Numbered from the stretch's first letter, positions 1 to 13,059 are shown. The stretch is DNA of 63,568 bases from Hydrolagus affinis (GCA_012026655.1 JAAILG010001658.1:1-63568); one strand, 5' to 3'. Notes: generated from the letters alone by a model not told the origin. Program-made: numbers and translations.

Positions 1-280
1 ACCAATTTTATCTGGGGGAAATGCTGGCCAGAAACAATCAAAGAATAACTCCTTTCTCTGTTTGAATAGAGTCATGGGATCTTTAAACATCCATCTGAAC
101 AGACAGACAGATCCTTAGTTTAACAACTTATCGAAGGATGGCACTTCCAACAGTGCGATGCTCCCTCAACACTATACCTGAGTGTCAGCCTAGACTATAT
201 GAATTTTAAGTCCTGATGTATAGTTTGAACTCAGAACCTTTACAGAAGTGAGAGTGCTACCAACTGAAACAGACTGACAC
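1..280 (-). mobile_element. Old DeuSINE (SacSINE1/AmnSINE1-like): tRNA-derived head plus Deu core
   Basis: The reverse complement reads as head (gtgtcagtc...gttggtagcactctcac...ggttctgagttcaa) then the Deu core (..ctgttcagatggatgtttaaagatcccatgactctattcaaa..). It matches related copies at 5447, 48145, 53855 and 55380. Confidence 0.75.
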
Positions 281-788
281 CTAATCTCTGAAATATAAAT
301 CCTCTCCACGCCACCCCCACCAACCCACCACCGCCCCATTTATACCAAATAGTTTTATGAGCGCAATTGAAAACAATTCAGCTCTTCCCAGCATATACAG
401 TCAGTAACTGGACACATGCATAGCATATGATGCTCTGAGTTATTATGCCTCCTTCTATTTATTTATCTCTTTTTGTATTAGAATTTGCCAAGCAAAACGT
501 TGGAATGCATTGAAAGCATTCAGCATGGGCACTACAAACTTAATTTCTGTCTCTTTCAGATTACCGTTAGGAGTTGCTGAGAATCTAACTCTCTCATTGC
601 CCTTTGGCTGGACTCTTTCACCCATAATTCGCTCCTTAAGGCAATGTTTTAAAGATGCTGCTAATAGCTCTCCACGACACCCCTCACCCCCCCACCCCCC
701 CTCCACCCAGACTGAAATTGTGCAAAAATCTTCACTCTAACCAGGAAGCATGTAACCCAGACTGGTCGAGCTGAGGTCTCTCTCAAAT

Positions 789-1387
789 GTGGAGTCCTGT
801 AGCTCAGTGGTTAGAGCACCTGCCTTGCAAGCGAGAGACCTAGGTTCAATTCCGGACAGGACGAAACCTTGGGCAAAAAAACCCAATAATAAATTGTTCT
901 TTTCAATCTACAACTATTTGTGGGACACTGCTGTAGCACAATTGGCTGCCACGTTTCACCCATAAATATACGGTCAATACACTTTACAGCATATGCTGTG
1001 AAGCGCTGTGAGACGTCTAGATTACGTGAAGAGCGCTCCAGTAAGATCTCGATAATCCGGCCCGGTTGGGCCCACTGACCTCTTGGATTTTGGTATTTAG
1101 AAACCCACCCTGGAAATGGCTGGGAAGCCCTGCCCCCATTCACCACATGAGCTGTAAAAACAGCACTGAAGCCAAACAATGCTGGAGCTCCACCCACAGT
1201 GCCGGATGACAGAGTGGCCACACCGGGAACTGCAAGCAGCTGTTCCGAACTTTGCCAGACGTTGGAAAAAAAATGAACGCTGTTTGTGTTTGGAAATCTT
1301 GCCACTTTTTAAGGAGTTGCTGGATTTCAGAATGTCGGATTATCGAGGTTTTACTGTATATCAAATACAAGGATTATTATCATTATT
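789..1387 (+). mobile_element. Young tRNA-derived SINE (family A; Deu-type core, L2-type tail), interrupted by a MITE
   Basis: Head gtggagtcctgtagctcagtggttagagc (A box) and ggttcaattcc (B box), core tttgtgggacactgctgt..aattggctgccacgtttc. The tail ..gagcgc / tatatcaaatacaaggattatta is split by the 1039-1356 insert. Confidence 0.92.
1039..1356. mobile_element. Non-autonomous pogo/Tigger-type (Tc1/mariner) MITE, copy 1
   Basis: Terminal inverted repeats of about 22 bp: cagtaagatctcgataatccgg ... tcggattatcgaggttttactg. Followed by TA (left flank TC). Homologous copy at 14039-14267. Confidence 0.85.
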
Positions 1388-1849
1388 TAACCTTAGGTCT
1401 CTGAAATGAGGCTTCGGTGCTCTGCTGCAGACATTAGAAAGGACCATTGTGATGGGGAGGTTTGAAAGAATATAATGATACGCTGCTCTTTCGCATCTGT
1501 ATTCATGTTGAGTGAGTAATAGCACACACTGACTGAAAGGATAACAAACATTTCCTCGGTGAATAAATAATTCTAAATGAACAATGTGGATGTAATAAAC
1601 ATTCCAATGTCTTATTTTGCAATAAGCATTTGAGAACTGATTAACACATGAGTCACATCTGAGTGCTCTCGCTTCCTTGAAGTTCTTCCGGTGAATGTTG
1701 AACCTTCATTGTCAGCACAAAGTAGATGGATATGTAGCGGTAATTAAATATTTGCTTTACTCCTCGATGACTGAAGTTGGTGAGGGCACTATTACTCACT
1801 TTATGCTGGCATTGGAGAGCTACCCGGACCTCTTAGCTAGGGTGACAAT

Positions 1850-1946
1850 GGAATAGCACAATGGCCCTGAGTGCCCCAAGGCTGGGGTGAGAGAGAAAAC
1901 AAAATCAGACCGCTGATTGCTGTCTTGTAATTCCTGTTGGAAATGG
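1850..1946 (+). mobile_element. Fragment of second ancient SINE-like family (family B)
   Basis: acaatggccctgagtgccccaaggctgggg...aaatcag...ctgattgct...cctgttggaaa aligns by eye to 39160-39290 and 52340-52440. Confidence 0.45.
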
Positions 1947-2551
1947 TAAGTGTGAGGCACAGTCATATAGCCTGGAATGAATCATGGAAATAATCATGTA
2001 GAGTCCCATGGCATGCTCACTTTCGCAAGCGAGAGGACCCAGGTTTGATTCTTGGGTGGGGAGAAATCTTACTGAGGAATCAGCCTGATCTATGTACTCG
2101 AGTGCTAACGTGGAGCTTGTTGAGTCGAATAGCCTTCCGGCTCAAAAAGTAAGCTGAGCTAAGAAGATATTTGGTCTCATTAAAAACTGCACATTCCATC
2201 ATGTGCTGAGATGGGAAAACCTGGGAGTCAAGTCCTTGTCTTGACTTTTCGGGGCATTCGATTCTGCAGCAGGATGCCCTGAATTTGCAATGGAACCTGA
2301 GTTCAGGGATCTGATATGGTGGATGAGTGTCTCAATACCACTGCAAGTACAGTATATGACATCTCACAATAACATACTCTGTAGAGCGCCCGATCATTCT
2401 AACCTAGACCACACTCGAGCTCTTCAACTTGGTTCTCCATCTCATAGAAACACAACAAATACTACAAGAGTCATAGTTACACTGTCCTTTAATGCCATAT
2501 TATGTGACCGAAGATTGATGCCGCAATTGGAAAAAATCATAATACTGTATA

Positions 2552-2661
2552 TAATAATACTTGCATTTGGTATAGAGCCTTATCACATTGTTGAGAAATC
2601 TCAAAGAATTCTTCATAGAATATGCTGTAGCGTGGATTGACTGTATATTTTGTGGGCAAAA
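2552..2661 (-). mobile_element. SINE family A 3' tail fragment
   Basis: taataatacttgcatttggtatagagcc...ttgactgtatattttgtgggc is the reverse complement of the tail. Confidence 0.8.
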
Positions 2662-3269
2662 GTATGTGTCACTATGGCTGTTGATTGTGACTGAAACAAA
2701 ATGATCATAAGGCAATACATTCACAGTTGCTAAAGTATGTGAAAGGGGCCTAATTCTTCCATATGGTGTATGTAAACTCCGAGGAAATGTTTTCCACTAG
2801 AGCTATATAATTCTTTCCCTCTGTTAAGCAACAAATGTGTTGACCCGTAATCATAGCAAGTTTGATGAGATGTATTTAAAATGGGTTATTCTCACTGCAG
2901 GAACATACCTTTAAAGTCAGAATACTTTGTGGGGGTGGATGGGGGGGGGGCATGATGATATCACCCCATAACTGTTTTACGATTTCGAGTGAAAGCAATG
3001 AGCCAAGATTAGACAGCACAAGCATATTGAATGTAAAGCACAGATCAAATATGTGGAATGTCTAGGTTTGGACATGCTTGGAAGCACATGTTCTGGCATC
3101 GCGGAGTTAATGCAAATGCACTAAAATGGTGGAATACGGATTCACATGGTCTGCCGACACTTTGGCAGAACGGCAGAAGGAAAATATCAGTCGCATTCAC
3201 AAGACGTCAAGTTCTATTAATCTCCTAAAAGAGACTGGGTTTTAATATTACCCACGCCCACTGGTGACT

Positions 3270-3869
3270 TCTTCCATGTGCGTTGGACCCAACTCTGACA
3301 TCCCAATGTGGAATTCAATATCCTTTATTATAAATTGTCTGATCAAGGCAGCTCCACGCAACATAGCTGCATTGATAATGAACTGACTGAATTGGAGATG
3401 AGCTGCTTCTTGAATCCATACAATTCTACTTTCACCTAAGCACCCACCCTGTGATACCAAATATTTTCCTGGTCCCAGCTGAAACCCATGATGGATGGGA
3501 GCTTGCCAATGCCTTAGAAATATGTGCCACAGATATATACAGGAAGGCCAATGGCATTGTAATGTCCTGCAGGCAAGTTACAACAACCAGAACAGGCAGC
3601 AGAGGGACAATGCCTTAGAGGCCAGCCTCACAGATGCCTATGATGGATGGCAGTGTAGGAATAACTTGGGAGACTAACTGCATAGTCTCCTTGGATGGAA
3701 AGTAGCGTGGTAATGCTTCGGAGACTGTTTTGCACACATGTCCACAATGGACATCCTCAAGGCAGTGTCCGAGAGAGCAGCTGCATGTGTCCAGGAAAGA
3801 CAGCGTCGTGGCAAATAATGAAGAAATCAGACCCTCAGGCGCCCACCATGGCCTGCAGACCTGAGCCAC
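3270..3869 (-). pseudogene. Decayed PIF/Harbinger (HARBI1-like) transposase fragment
   Basis: Minus-strand translation TTLSFLDTCS..VCKTVSEALPRYFPSKE..LPSIIGIC resembles HARBI1-family AALGFYTSGS..CVANVTEAL..RFP..MPGVMGVVDC. Downstream SQFIINAAMLRGAAL resembles the C-terminal IIxxCCxLHNxA motif. Heavily deleted and frameshifted. Confidence 0.45.
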
Positions 3870-4084
3870 AAACGTCTGAGAGACACAGCAGCTGAAGTGG
3901 ATGGTTAAGATACAGAGTAGTTTATAATCAAGTCCTTGGGGTGTGGGGTGGGGGGGGGGGGAGGGGGCGTTCAGGTAAATTTACCCTGTGGTGAGTGAGG
4001 ACCACAGCTCAGGCTTGGGGCACTACAACATTGGATAGGAGATGTGGAGGTGCTAGATCATGAAGGGATTTACGGGTAACAGTG

Positions 4085-4213
4085 AGGCGCTTTGAATCTA
4101 TTTGTTGGGAGCCAAGCTAGAACTAATACAGAGGATGGGATTAAAAGAGCTGTCAATAAACTGGCAGAACAGGACCGATGATCCGAACAGCCTCTTCCCA
4201 TTCCCATGTTCCT
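4085..4213 (+). mobile_element. CR1 LINE degenerate 3' end
   Basis: Ends in ..gatgatccgaacagcctcttcccattcccatgttcct, a CR1 3'-UTR terminus type. Confidence 0.5.
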
Positions 4214-4389
4214 CTGAACTAGCACTTCCTGTAGAACAAACGTCACCAGTCAGTGCCATGTACAGGCTCTATTGATATTCAGAAGGCAAACACAGTTAAT
4301 AATTAATCCCCGCACAACACAATAAAGGTGTGTCAGCAGAGTAAACCGTACCCACTTAATTAGCTCTTTCCAACACTCTATGAGGAATA

Positions 4390-4660
4390 GATGGTGATGA
4401 ATTGTTTGGGTGGTGGGGGCACAGAGAGAGACGAAGGGAGGCAGTGTGACCGCATTCAGGCACTGATGTGCTCGTTGGGATAAAGACATTCAAGGGATTG
4501 CTGCTGACTGTGAATGTGATGGAAATAAGGTGTGAAGGGTATAGAATGATGGTGAGAGAGATCGTAAAATACTTTCAACAGAAGATGAATGAGGCGAACA
4601 TGACAATAACATGCGGTTGAATTAGAAATGAGGCACAAGAAACAAGATAACAAGACCTGC
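4390..4660 (-). mobile_element. Degenerate L2 LINE ORF2 fragment
   Basis: Minus translation ..HISA*MRSHCL.. resembles L2 ISAWMxxxxL. Purine-rich plus strand typical of antisense L2. Confidence 0.35.
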
Positions 4661-5329
4661 AACCCGCTGCTGAAATTATCTGATATTCAAGGTTGAAAAG
4701 TGACTTTCAATATCACAATTTCTCCCAAATGGAAAAAAAAACAACCAGCACGTAAACCTAATAAAGGGTCGGAGACTGGAAACATGAGGCAGGGATGTAG
4801 CAGGCTGTTAAACTGGGGAGGACAGAACACAGGCTACTGTAAAACACAGAATTACTGTAACTGCTCTGAACAGGCTAAGCAGTTACCTCAGTCTTGGCAT
4901 ATCAGTGCTGTTTCGAGGGTGGAGGTGGACGATGTTAAGTGTCGCCAGGTTAGGAGGAAGGGGTTTGGGAGAGAAATCAAATGTGTTGAGGTTCCAATGC
5001 TCATTGAAATCTATTGACTCCCACCCCCCACCGCCTAGCAATTACACTACCACCTCCCCCCTCCCCCCACCCCCCACACCATCACCACCTCTCTGCCCAG
5101 TACTTGTGGGGTGGGGTGGGGGGGGGAGGTGGGGCAGACAAGGTGGGACCTGATTCCTCTAAGATGTCCTTTACTGGTGACACTCACTGTTTGAACTCCT
5201 ACTAGAAGATTTGGTCAAGGTTCCAGGGGGCAGCAAAGGTCATGAAACCTCATTTGGCTGACAATCTAACACAGCGCCGGGGGAGAGTTGGATTGTAGGA
5301 GGTGCCATCCTTCAGATAAATAATATAAA

Positions 5330-5428
5330 TAATAATCCTTGCATTTGATGTAGGGCTTTCACGTCTTATCGACATCTCAAAGCGCTTCACGGAATGAAGT
5401 GAATTCACTGTATATTTGTGGGCGAAAT
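5330..5428 (-). mobile_element. SINE family A 3' tail fragment
   Basis: taataatccttgcatttgatgtagggctttcacgtcttatcgacatctcaaagcgcttcac. Confidence 0.85.
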
Positions 5429-5446
5429 GGTATGAAGCCAAGTTTT

Positions 5447-5650
5447 CACCTGCTGTTTTAGACGGATGTTACAGATCCCATAGCACTATTCAACAAGAGG
5501 TTCCACGGGTGTCCTGACAGAGAATTCCCCCAGATAAAATTTATAATTTTTTGACTTCATGGCTGTATGCCAACATTCACCCAGAAAGAAAATACAGTCA
5601 CTACACTTAAAAAGGTGCTGAACCATGTTGAAATAATGCTTATCGAGGGT
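5447..5650 (+). mobile_element. Old DeuSINE core fragment
   Basis: gacggatgttacagatcccatagcactattcaacaagag..gtgtcctgac is the Deu core. Confidence 0.6.
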
Positions 5651-6699
5651 CACAAATGATTTTCATACCTGACTATTGTCCAAACAGCCAAGTTAGGAAT
5701 TGTGGGTGGGTGGGGGGGGGCATCAAGTGAGGGCAGTGTCTGGCGTGGTTGTGAGGTCCCAGGAGGCAAATAGAGACTGCAGATATTTGGACCAGGGAGG
5801 CTTGTGGGAGGTACAGGTACTAGAGGGGTGATTGTCGACAAGCTATGTCTTTACATGAGGGAGAAAAATGGGAGAGAAAGAGCATTTAAACTAGATTTAA
5901 GTTTTTGTTGAACTCCGCATTTTTCGAATGACTGAAATAGATTGTTAACTATTTAAGACAATTATTACTTGTTAGCCGCAGAAAGAAAATCAGAGATGAG
6001 GTACCTCGGGAAATGAAACACCAATCTTAAGGCAGGGAGTTGGGAAGTGACTGATGAAATACTAAATCAACTGAAACAATTCATTGACAAAGATAGAGAA
6101 GCTGGGATTATGTTCATGACAGTGAACGGCAAAATAAAGGCAAAGCAGAAGATCAGAGTGTAACCAAGTGCATTCACTGTAGCTAATTGGCCCCATCTGA
6201 TAACTCAAGTTAAACGAGGAAACACACGAATTTTGTATTCATTAACAAGCACAACAACTGTCAGCATTGAGCAGAAACATGACTGCTTTTACATTTGCAG
6301 TCTGCTTCTCCTTCACTCGACCACTCTTAAGACTGTGTTACCCTCCTAACATTTTGTCGAGGGTTTTGAATGCCTCGGGGACTCACTTTGAGGGCCACGC
6401 TGTGGAACGAGGTGACCCTTGGCACCACAGAGAGATTGAGACATAGGCTTCTTGATGCCCATCTATTCCCCCAAGGCAGAAGGATAATCCTACAAGCGTT
6501 TTATTAGAGCTACAGAGCATGAAACACAAAACGTAGTGCCGCGCAGAGGACAATGTTAAAACCGATTAAGATGAAGGAATTGTGTCACCGGCGGGTTGAG
6601 AAGTGTCGTTAATGAGCGTGGAGGAAAGCGTAAGAATCGGAGACAGTGGCAGGAAATACCAGTACTTTCAGGGATGAAAGTACATCACACAAAAAAATG

Positions 6700-6800
6700 A
6701 CTTGGGGAGTTAAGATGGGCATTCGGAATCGGTGATGGAATTGAACATACAAGGAAAGAGTGGTCTTGATGGGTTGAATGGCTTATTTTCATTCAATGGC
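6700..6800 (+). mobile_element. CR1 LINE 3' end relic
   Basis: ..cttgatgggttgaatggcttattttcattc resembles the CR1 terminal gatgggccgaatggcct motif. Confidence 0.45.
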
Positions 6801-8157
6801 TTTAAGTAAAGAAGCTATAGACTAGTAGATCTTTGAATCACTACGTTATTATCAATTTTATTCTGTTTTTACCCAGCGGCAATGCTGCCCTATTGAAAGC
6901 CTCTGTCAGTTGTTACGCAGTCTCCAGACTTCTCTGAGCACAGAACATCGGCAGAGCTGCTCGCACCGACTGTGATTTTTCACTATCAAGGCGGATCTCC
7001 CATCCGGCGGAGGCCGCAAGAGAGATTGACTCCAAACCAGGTGTGGGGAATCTCAGAGTTGGTGGACAGACACCAGGCATTTCACGGCCGGCCTCGGGCT
7101 GACTTTCAGCCACCACCAAATACAGTAGTGTAATAGTGAAATGATGTGATTTCACGCGTCCTGCACTATTTCTGCCTTTGCTAACTTTAAGGCATTTCTA
7201 ACCTATTCTCCTGCTACTAATTGCCTGTAGTAAAACGCAGGGTACGAAGAAGGTTTTTTATCTACAGCACTTGTGGGGTGGGTACACAGTCTGCTCCTTG
7301 GGGAGGTGCGAGCCGATGCCTTTTATTGACTGGTAGTGGTGCTAATCTGTTTTACGATAGCTCATCAAAGATAACGAGTCTTAACACCGGCTTTGAAGAC
7401 AGAAGGTCATAACGCGGGACAGATCATCTGGAAGTTAAATCTTGGGGAGTGGACGGGGAGAGCTTGCCTACTTCAAGTGCGCATAAAACAGCCAGCTGCA
7501 CATTCAATACACATTCAATCACTGGAGCTGGCTTTCTTAAAACTCCGCTTTTGGGGAAAAAATTAGTAGGTAGGGGGTGGGGTGTGGAGGGTGAGTGGTG
7601 GTGGGGCGGGGGTGGGGGGTGTTCTAAGTCACTACCCTGCCATGGACAGTGCAAGTTGTTGTGAGGAATAAGAAATCCGGGTGTGAAGTTTTCCAGGTAT
7701 TTGTCATCTTATCAGTGATGTAATGACTTGAATAACCTTGTAGATTCATAGAAATGACAGCATCCCAGGCGTAGACCATTTGGTTACTGATCTGGTACTA
7801 ACTCCTTGACTGGAACAAACTACTCAAATACCAATTTCCTGCTCCCCCACCCACCACCCTTTTCCCCGTATGGTATCTTGTTACAGTCTGTCTTCAAAAT
7901 AAGTATTTTTTTCTCTCTGATCACCCTGCAAAGGCATTATCATATTTGCTGCCCCGGTGCTATGTTGTGCTGGAATCTGAGCATTGGGAAAAATGGAATG
8001 AAAGCGGCTTGAGTATTTAGAAGAGCTTTGAGAAGATTTGACAGAGATATGTGTGATTACAATCTATGTGCAAATGTGTGTGTGTGTTTGTGTGTGTGAG
8101 ACACAGTGTGTGAGAGACACAGTGTGTGATTTTGTACGCGCAGGCATCAACAATAAA

Positions 8158-8470
8158 TATAATAATAATAATAATCTTTGCATTTGATGTAGCACTTTTC
8201 ATGTTTTCTAGACATCTCAAAGCGCTTCACAGAATATACTGTAAAGTGAATTGACTGTATATTTGTGGGCGAAACGTGGCAGCCAATTGTGCACAGCAGC
8301 GTCCCCCACAAACAGTCGTGGATTGAAATGACCGAGGTTTTTTGGGACGGATTATTATTAGGCATGTGTGTGGATTAAGGAAACTTTTGTCCTGACCTGC
8401 CTGGATTTGAAACGCAGCTCTCACGCTTAATAATGTGAGTGCTCTAACCACTGAGCTACAGGAGCTCCAT
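8158..8470 (-). mobile_element. SINE family A, full length
   Basis: Complete reverse-complement head, core and (AAT)n tail. Confidence 0.93.
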
Positions 8471-9148
8471 AATGTTAACATCTCCATTCTAATCTAGCAC
8501 TGAATATACTCCAGATATCCCTGCTTCATACTGCCTGGATTCCAGACACCTTTACATTATGTATCATGGTTCAAGACATACGATTCAACACTCTTTAATG
8601 AACAAACAAAAAAGTGTTGAATAGCACCCACTATATCCCACAATTAATGGTGAGGCCAGGCATGCTTCTCCTCACCAACGGCAGCCCTGATAACACAATG
8701 AAACATTTATAAGCAGTGCAACAGCATTACAGCTGTTGTCAAAATATAATTACCTCTGCAAAGCCAGTCCCTTTTCTTTTTACGAGATATTAACAAAGTG
8801 AGACGTCTGAAGATCAAGGTGTTCCATATTTCAGAAGCTGCCAATGAAATGTATTATTGTCCTCTGTCCCAATCACTTACTGGTGATAGGACTCCCCAGC
8901 GGTTTGTTTGTGCTGCTCGTGGCTTGATGGATTTGCAAGAGACAGTAACCTTTGCTGTGCATTTGCTTTGTTTGAAGCAATATTCAGCTGAAGGAACTAT
9001 ATCAGGAATTAGCTTATCAAGGAGACGATGCATGTCACATTAATTTCCCCCACACACACACACACACTCCCCCATACCCCCTTCCCCTCCTTTTATATTA
9101 GTGTATACAGTATTAAGTAAACAGGACTGAAATCCCAGATCAGGAACA

Positions 9149-9492
9149 TAATAATAATCCTTGCATTTCGATATAGCGCTTTTCACGTCTTATCAACGTC
9201 TCAAAGCGCTTCACACGAACATACTGTAAAGTGAATTGACTGTACAGTATATATTTTGTGGGTGAAAGGCGGCAGCCAATCGCACACAGCAGCGTCCCCA
9301 CAAACAGTCGTGGATTGAAATGAACATTTTTTATTTTTGTGTTTTTTTTATGGACGATTATTAGGCGTGCGTATGTGTGTGTGGAGTAAGGAAACTTGCC
9401 CAAAGTTTCTGCCCTGACCTGCCTGGATTCGAACACAGGTCTCACGCTTGTAATAAAGCGAGCGGTCTAACCCCTGAGCTAGAGGACCCCAC
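9149..9492 (-). mobile_element. SINE family A, full length
   Basis: Complete head (B box gttcgaatcc), core and tail. Confidence 0.93.
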
Positions 9493-11614
9493 ACGGCTCC
9501 AGTACAGCAGCGTGGCTGCTACGGGGAATGGAAAGTGCCTGATTGACACAGTCGGGACTCTCTTCTGAGATTGTTTCTGAGGCCCCATCTTTGGTCCACA
9601 GTAGTTTTGCCTCGAACCCACAATTAAAACGTGATCCGGGAGGGCTCGATCCCATCACTGGGCAGTTGTAATTGGAAAGTGTTTGACTTTTGTACACTAA
9701 TCCTTTTGCCCTGAAGATTGGTTCTAAAGCAAGCGAATGTCCTGGAATAACTCACCATCCTTGCATCTTTAATATTCATCCCAGGGTTAGTTACCCGCTA
9801 CGCTGATGCCCTTGCCTCTTTAACCCCCATTAGCTCAGAAACCAACCCCCCCTGTGGAGTATTTTATTATCTCAGTCTAGAACAGCCCCACTATTCCCCA
9901 CTAGGTACCAATTACATTATCTTTTATTGGAACCAGTAAATGGACAACTGATAATAATAATAATCCTTGCATTTGTTGACGTGTGTTTGATGGGCGTGTG
10001 GAGGGTTGGGGGAGTGGGGGGATAGCTATTCTACATAACTGTTGCTTTGGTCTCAAGGTTTACTGGTGTATTATTATCCTGTGTATAACACAAGACGTTG
10101 TTTCGTTTTACTGCGGGCAGAACATCACTTGGAAATTAAAAAAAACCTTGTTCATACTGTGGTTTGTTCAGGTAAATTTACAATCATTCGGTTACATTTC
10201 ATCAGTGTATTGCTCCCACACTATATCCCATTGAATATGCTTGTCTTTACACTGAAAGACTTGTAAGCTTTGACCACGATTGCATGGTGCACTGCACACA
10301 TCCACTGTACTGGCTGCTCTGGATGTATGATATCCTACAGAAAGCCTCCCCAATAACTAGGAAATACAATCTTGCAAAGTGAAGCAAATCAATATTAATT
10401 AAAGCTACTCCACGGGGACTCGTTCTCTGCAGAAAAGAGGTACCTAAGCTCAGCGTTGAGTGAATTTGGGAGGCGTGGGGAATGAGTTAGGCTACCAGCT
10501 TCTGTTTGTCACATGGAATCAACAGGTTTGGGACATTGGAGAGGGAGAGAAAAGGCGGAGGGAAGGAGGGGAGGGGGACTTATTGCCCTTCCATGTTAGA
10601 GCAAGCGCACATCAAAGTGGTGCACCATTGAAGCATCAGCCGCTATGCGATACGTAACCCTGTCAAGACATCTCTTTATTGCAAATACAGCTCAATTAAA
10701 GACTTTAAGCTTTCAATTTATTAATCAATTATTAGCAGAATGGACATTCTGCCGCTTGCTCGTTTCAAGGGGGTATAACAGTTTGCAGTGTTCAGGGTAC
10801 AGCAATTCTCCTGTTCATTAACATGAAGGCACAATTTGCATTTTGTGATCTGCTGTTGCAGTTTTAATATCCTTTCTTCTTGTTTTACATCAATCACTCA
10901 AACCAATGCCACCACAGGCCATCATTAACCTTCCAAATCTCCCGCTAAACAAATACTACAAGAACGCACTAATTTGGAGATCAAACGACCGCTTGCCCAT
11001 TATATAATTGAAATGAAAGGCAGAGTGTTACGGTTCTGAAGAGTAAAGTAATTACTAGCTGTTAATTGCTCACTTGTGGTGGTTCTCTTTTAATTAGAAG
11101 GAACAGCCAGTTGCATGCTGATAAGCTGCAGCCAGAGACTGTGATTTGGAAATCAACAAAGCACGCGAATAATGAAGAAAAATATTGTTTTGGGTGCCTT
11201 TAGCACCTGCACTGAAATCTTCAAGTGTCTTATCAAGATTAAGGTGGGGTGGGGGGGGGGGGGTGTGTAGGGGAGGAAGGGAAAGAGATAAAATGGTCAG
11301 GCTGGCTGGCTGGATTTTATTTTCACTGAGGAAATAGTTTTGCGAGATCTTCCTGTGTGAGTGTCCTGTCACCCATCCCTGCTGGTGCTGCAATGGACTA
11401 ATCACATTCTGATGTTCTGATCAGTCAACTAAGAAAATTTAGCTACTTTCCTCTCGAGTTCATCATTCCTGGTAATTGGCCTGTCTCAGATAAGCAGTCC
11501 TTTCTTAACAGCTCTTTAAAGTCTGGAAGGCCCACAGACTGTGAGTTTAATTACTGGCCATATTTCACTGTGTATTGGAATTCTGGGCCGACCAAGTTGT
11601 ACCTGTTCCCTTTC

Positions 11615-11716
11615 CCTCTCTCTCTCTCTCTCTCAACCACACACACACACACACATACACTCTGTGCCTCTATCTCTCTCTCTTACACATACATACGCAC
11701 ACACATACATACTCTC
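11615..11716. repeat. Compound (CT)n/(CA)n microsatellite
   Basis: Alternating ctct and caca tracts. Confidence 0.9.
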
Positions 11717-13059
11717 TAACCCCTCCTTCACCATATAAATAATGTGCTTAGTCTAAACTCCAAACTGTACACAAGGCAGATTTTTCGATTTGCAAGCAAT
11801 TTAAACAATGAAGTAAATCACTGATCAAATCAAATCACGAAGGTCTCAGCTGAAGTGCCACAATACCCCACAGAGCTTGACGGAACATTTTGGAGTGAGG
11901 TTCCGGTGCCTTCGGTTTCAGTTGCCTTGCCCAATTCATCAAGAATTAGCTGCTTGGACGAGACATGTGAGGGGTGGGGGGTGGACAGGCTGCTGTAAAA
12001 TCTAAGTATGGGTCAGCTCCTACAAGAGGGCAATTGGGGAAATTGTTGGGACAAAAATTTTGTTTGGTTCATTATTTCGGGGTAACATTGAAACGTGAAC
12101 AGATTGCACCAATGTGCATTGACACTGACTGTACGTTTGGGGGGCTAAATCAGGCTGTAGGTAGAGTGTTAATGATTGTCATGGAGAGAGTGGGTGTGGA
12201 GGGGAGGGGGGGATGGGGAGGGTCAAACTTGTCCAAAGGTTTCATTTTACACACAATTTAAAATGGAAATGATCAAAGACTGAGAAGGTCACACGCCATA
12301 TGCTCCCCAGTCCACCTCCAACCTAGATTTCGAGTGGAAGAATACTATGGGGGGGCTTCGGACATCGCCCTGGGACATCCTCCCGACTTGAAAGCCTCTT
12401 ATATCAATGCGATTTGTTATTTGAACGCAAACGTATGTACATCTTCAACATCCAAGGAAAGAGCGCCCCTAACCTAGAGTTACTTTCAGCAAAGCTCTGA
12501 GAGGAACCTGTTCAGCCAGAGTCTTGTTCCTTGCCTGTTATCTAGTGCCTCCTGCTGGAAAGAGCATATATATATGACTGTTGGGCAAGGAGAGTTTCAA
12601 AGCAGAGTGATATCTCTCCAGCACTCTCACACTCGAATAAACCTGCCAATACTGGGATCCTACATGAAGAATTGGCACTTGGGTAAAGTACCAGATGACA
12701 TCCATTGCCCGAGGAGCATACAGTTAAAGTTGTGCGGTTACAAAAGATCACATGAATCTTGTCCTCCCCCCCCCCACCCCCCAAAGCAGACAAAGAGTTG
12801 CTGCACAGCCAAGCTATCTAATTAGTCATCCACCTCGAGTTTACAGACAATGCACTTTTGGGCGCTCGGAAATTATTCTTCTCAGACTGTCTGTCAGCGC
12901 CCGTCATTTCATTCTGGGACTTCCACGGTTTTCATTTAGACTGTTTTGCTATTCTTTCTGATTTCCCCCCCTCCACCACCCCCCCCCACCCCTCCACCCA
13001 CCCACCCCCAAAAAAATAAGGTTTATCAGAGGAAACACTTGTACTCATGAGGATGGACT

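Noticed and set aside
789-860. tRNA genes at the SINE heads
   Set aside because: There is no proper acceptor stem, and each continues into SINE body sequence.
811-1305. Longest ORF (164 aa, minus)
   Set aside because: It lies entirely within the SINE and MITE, so it is antisense read-through rather than a gene.
12820-12890. PPRVYRQ peptide reminiscent of the Harbinger transposase N-terminus
   Set aside because: Too short, with no supporting downstream motifs.
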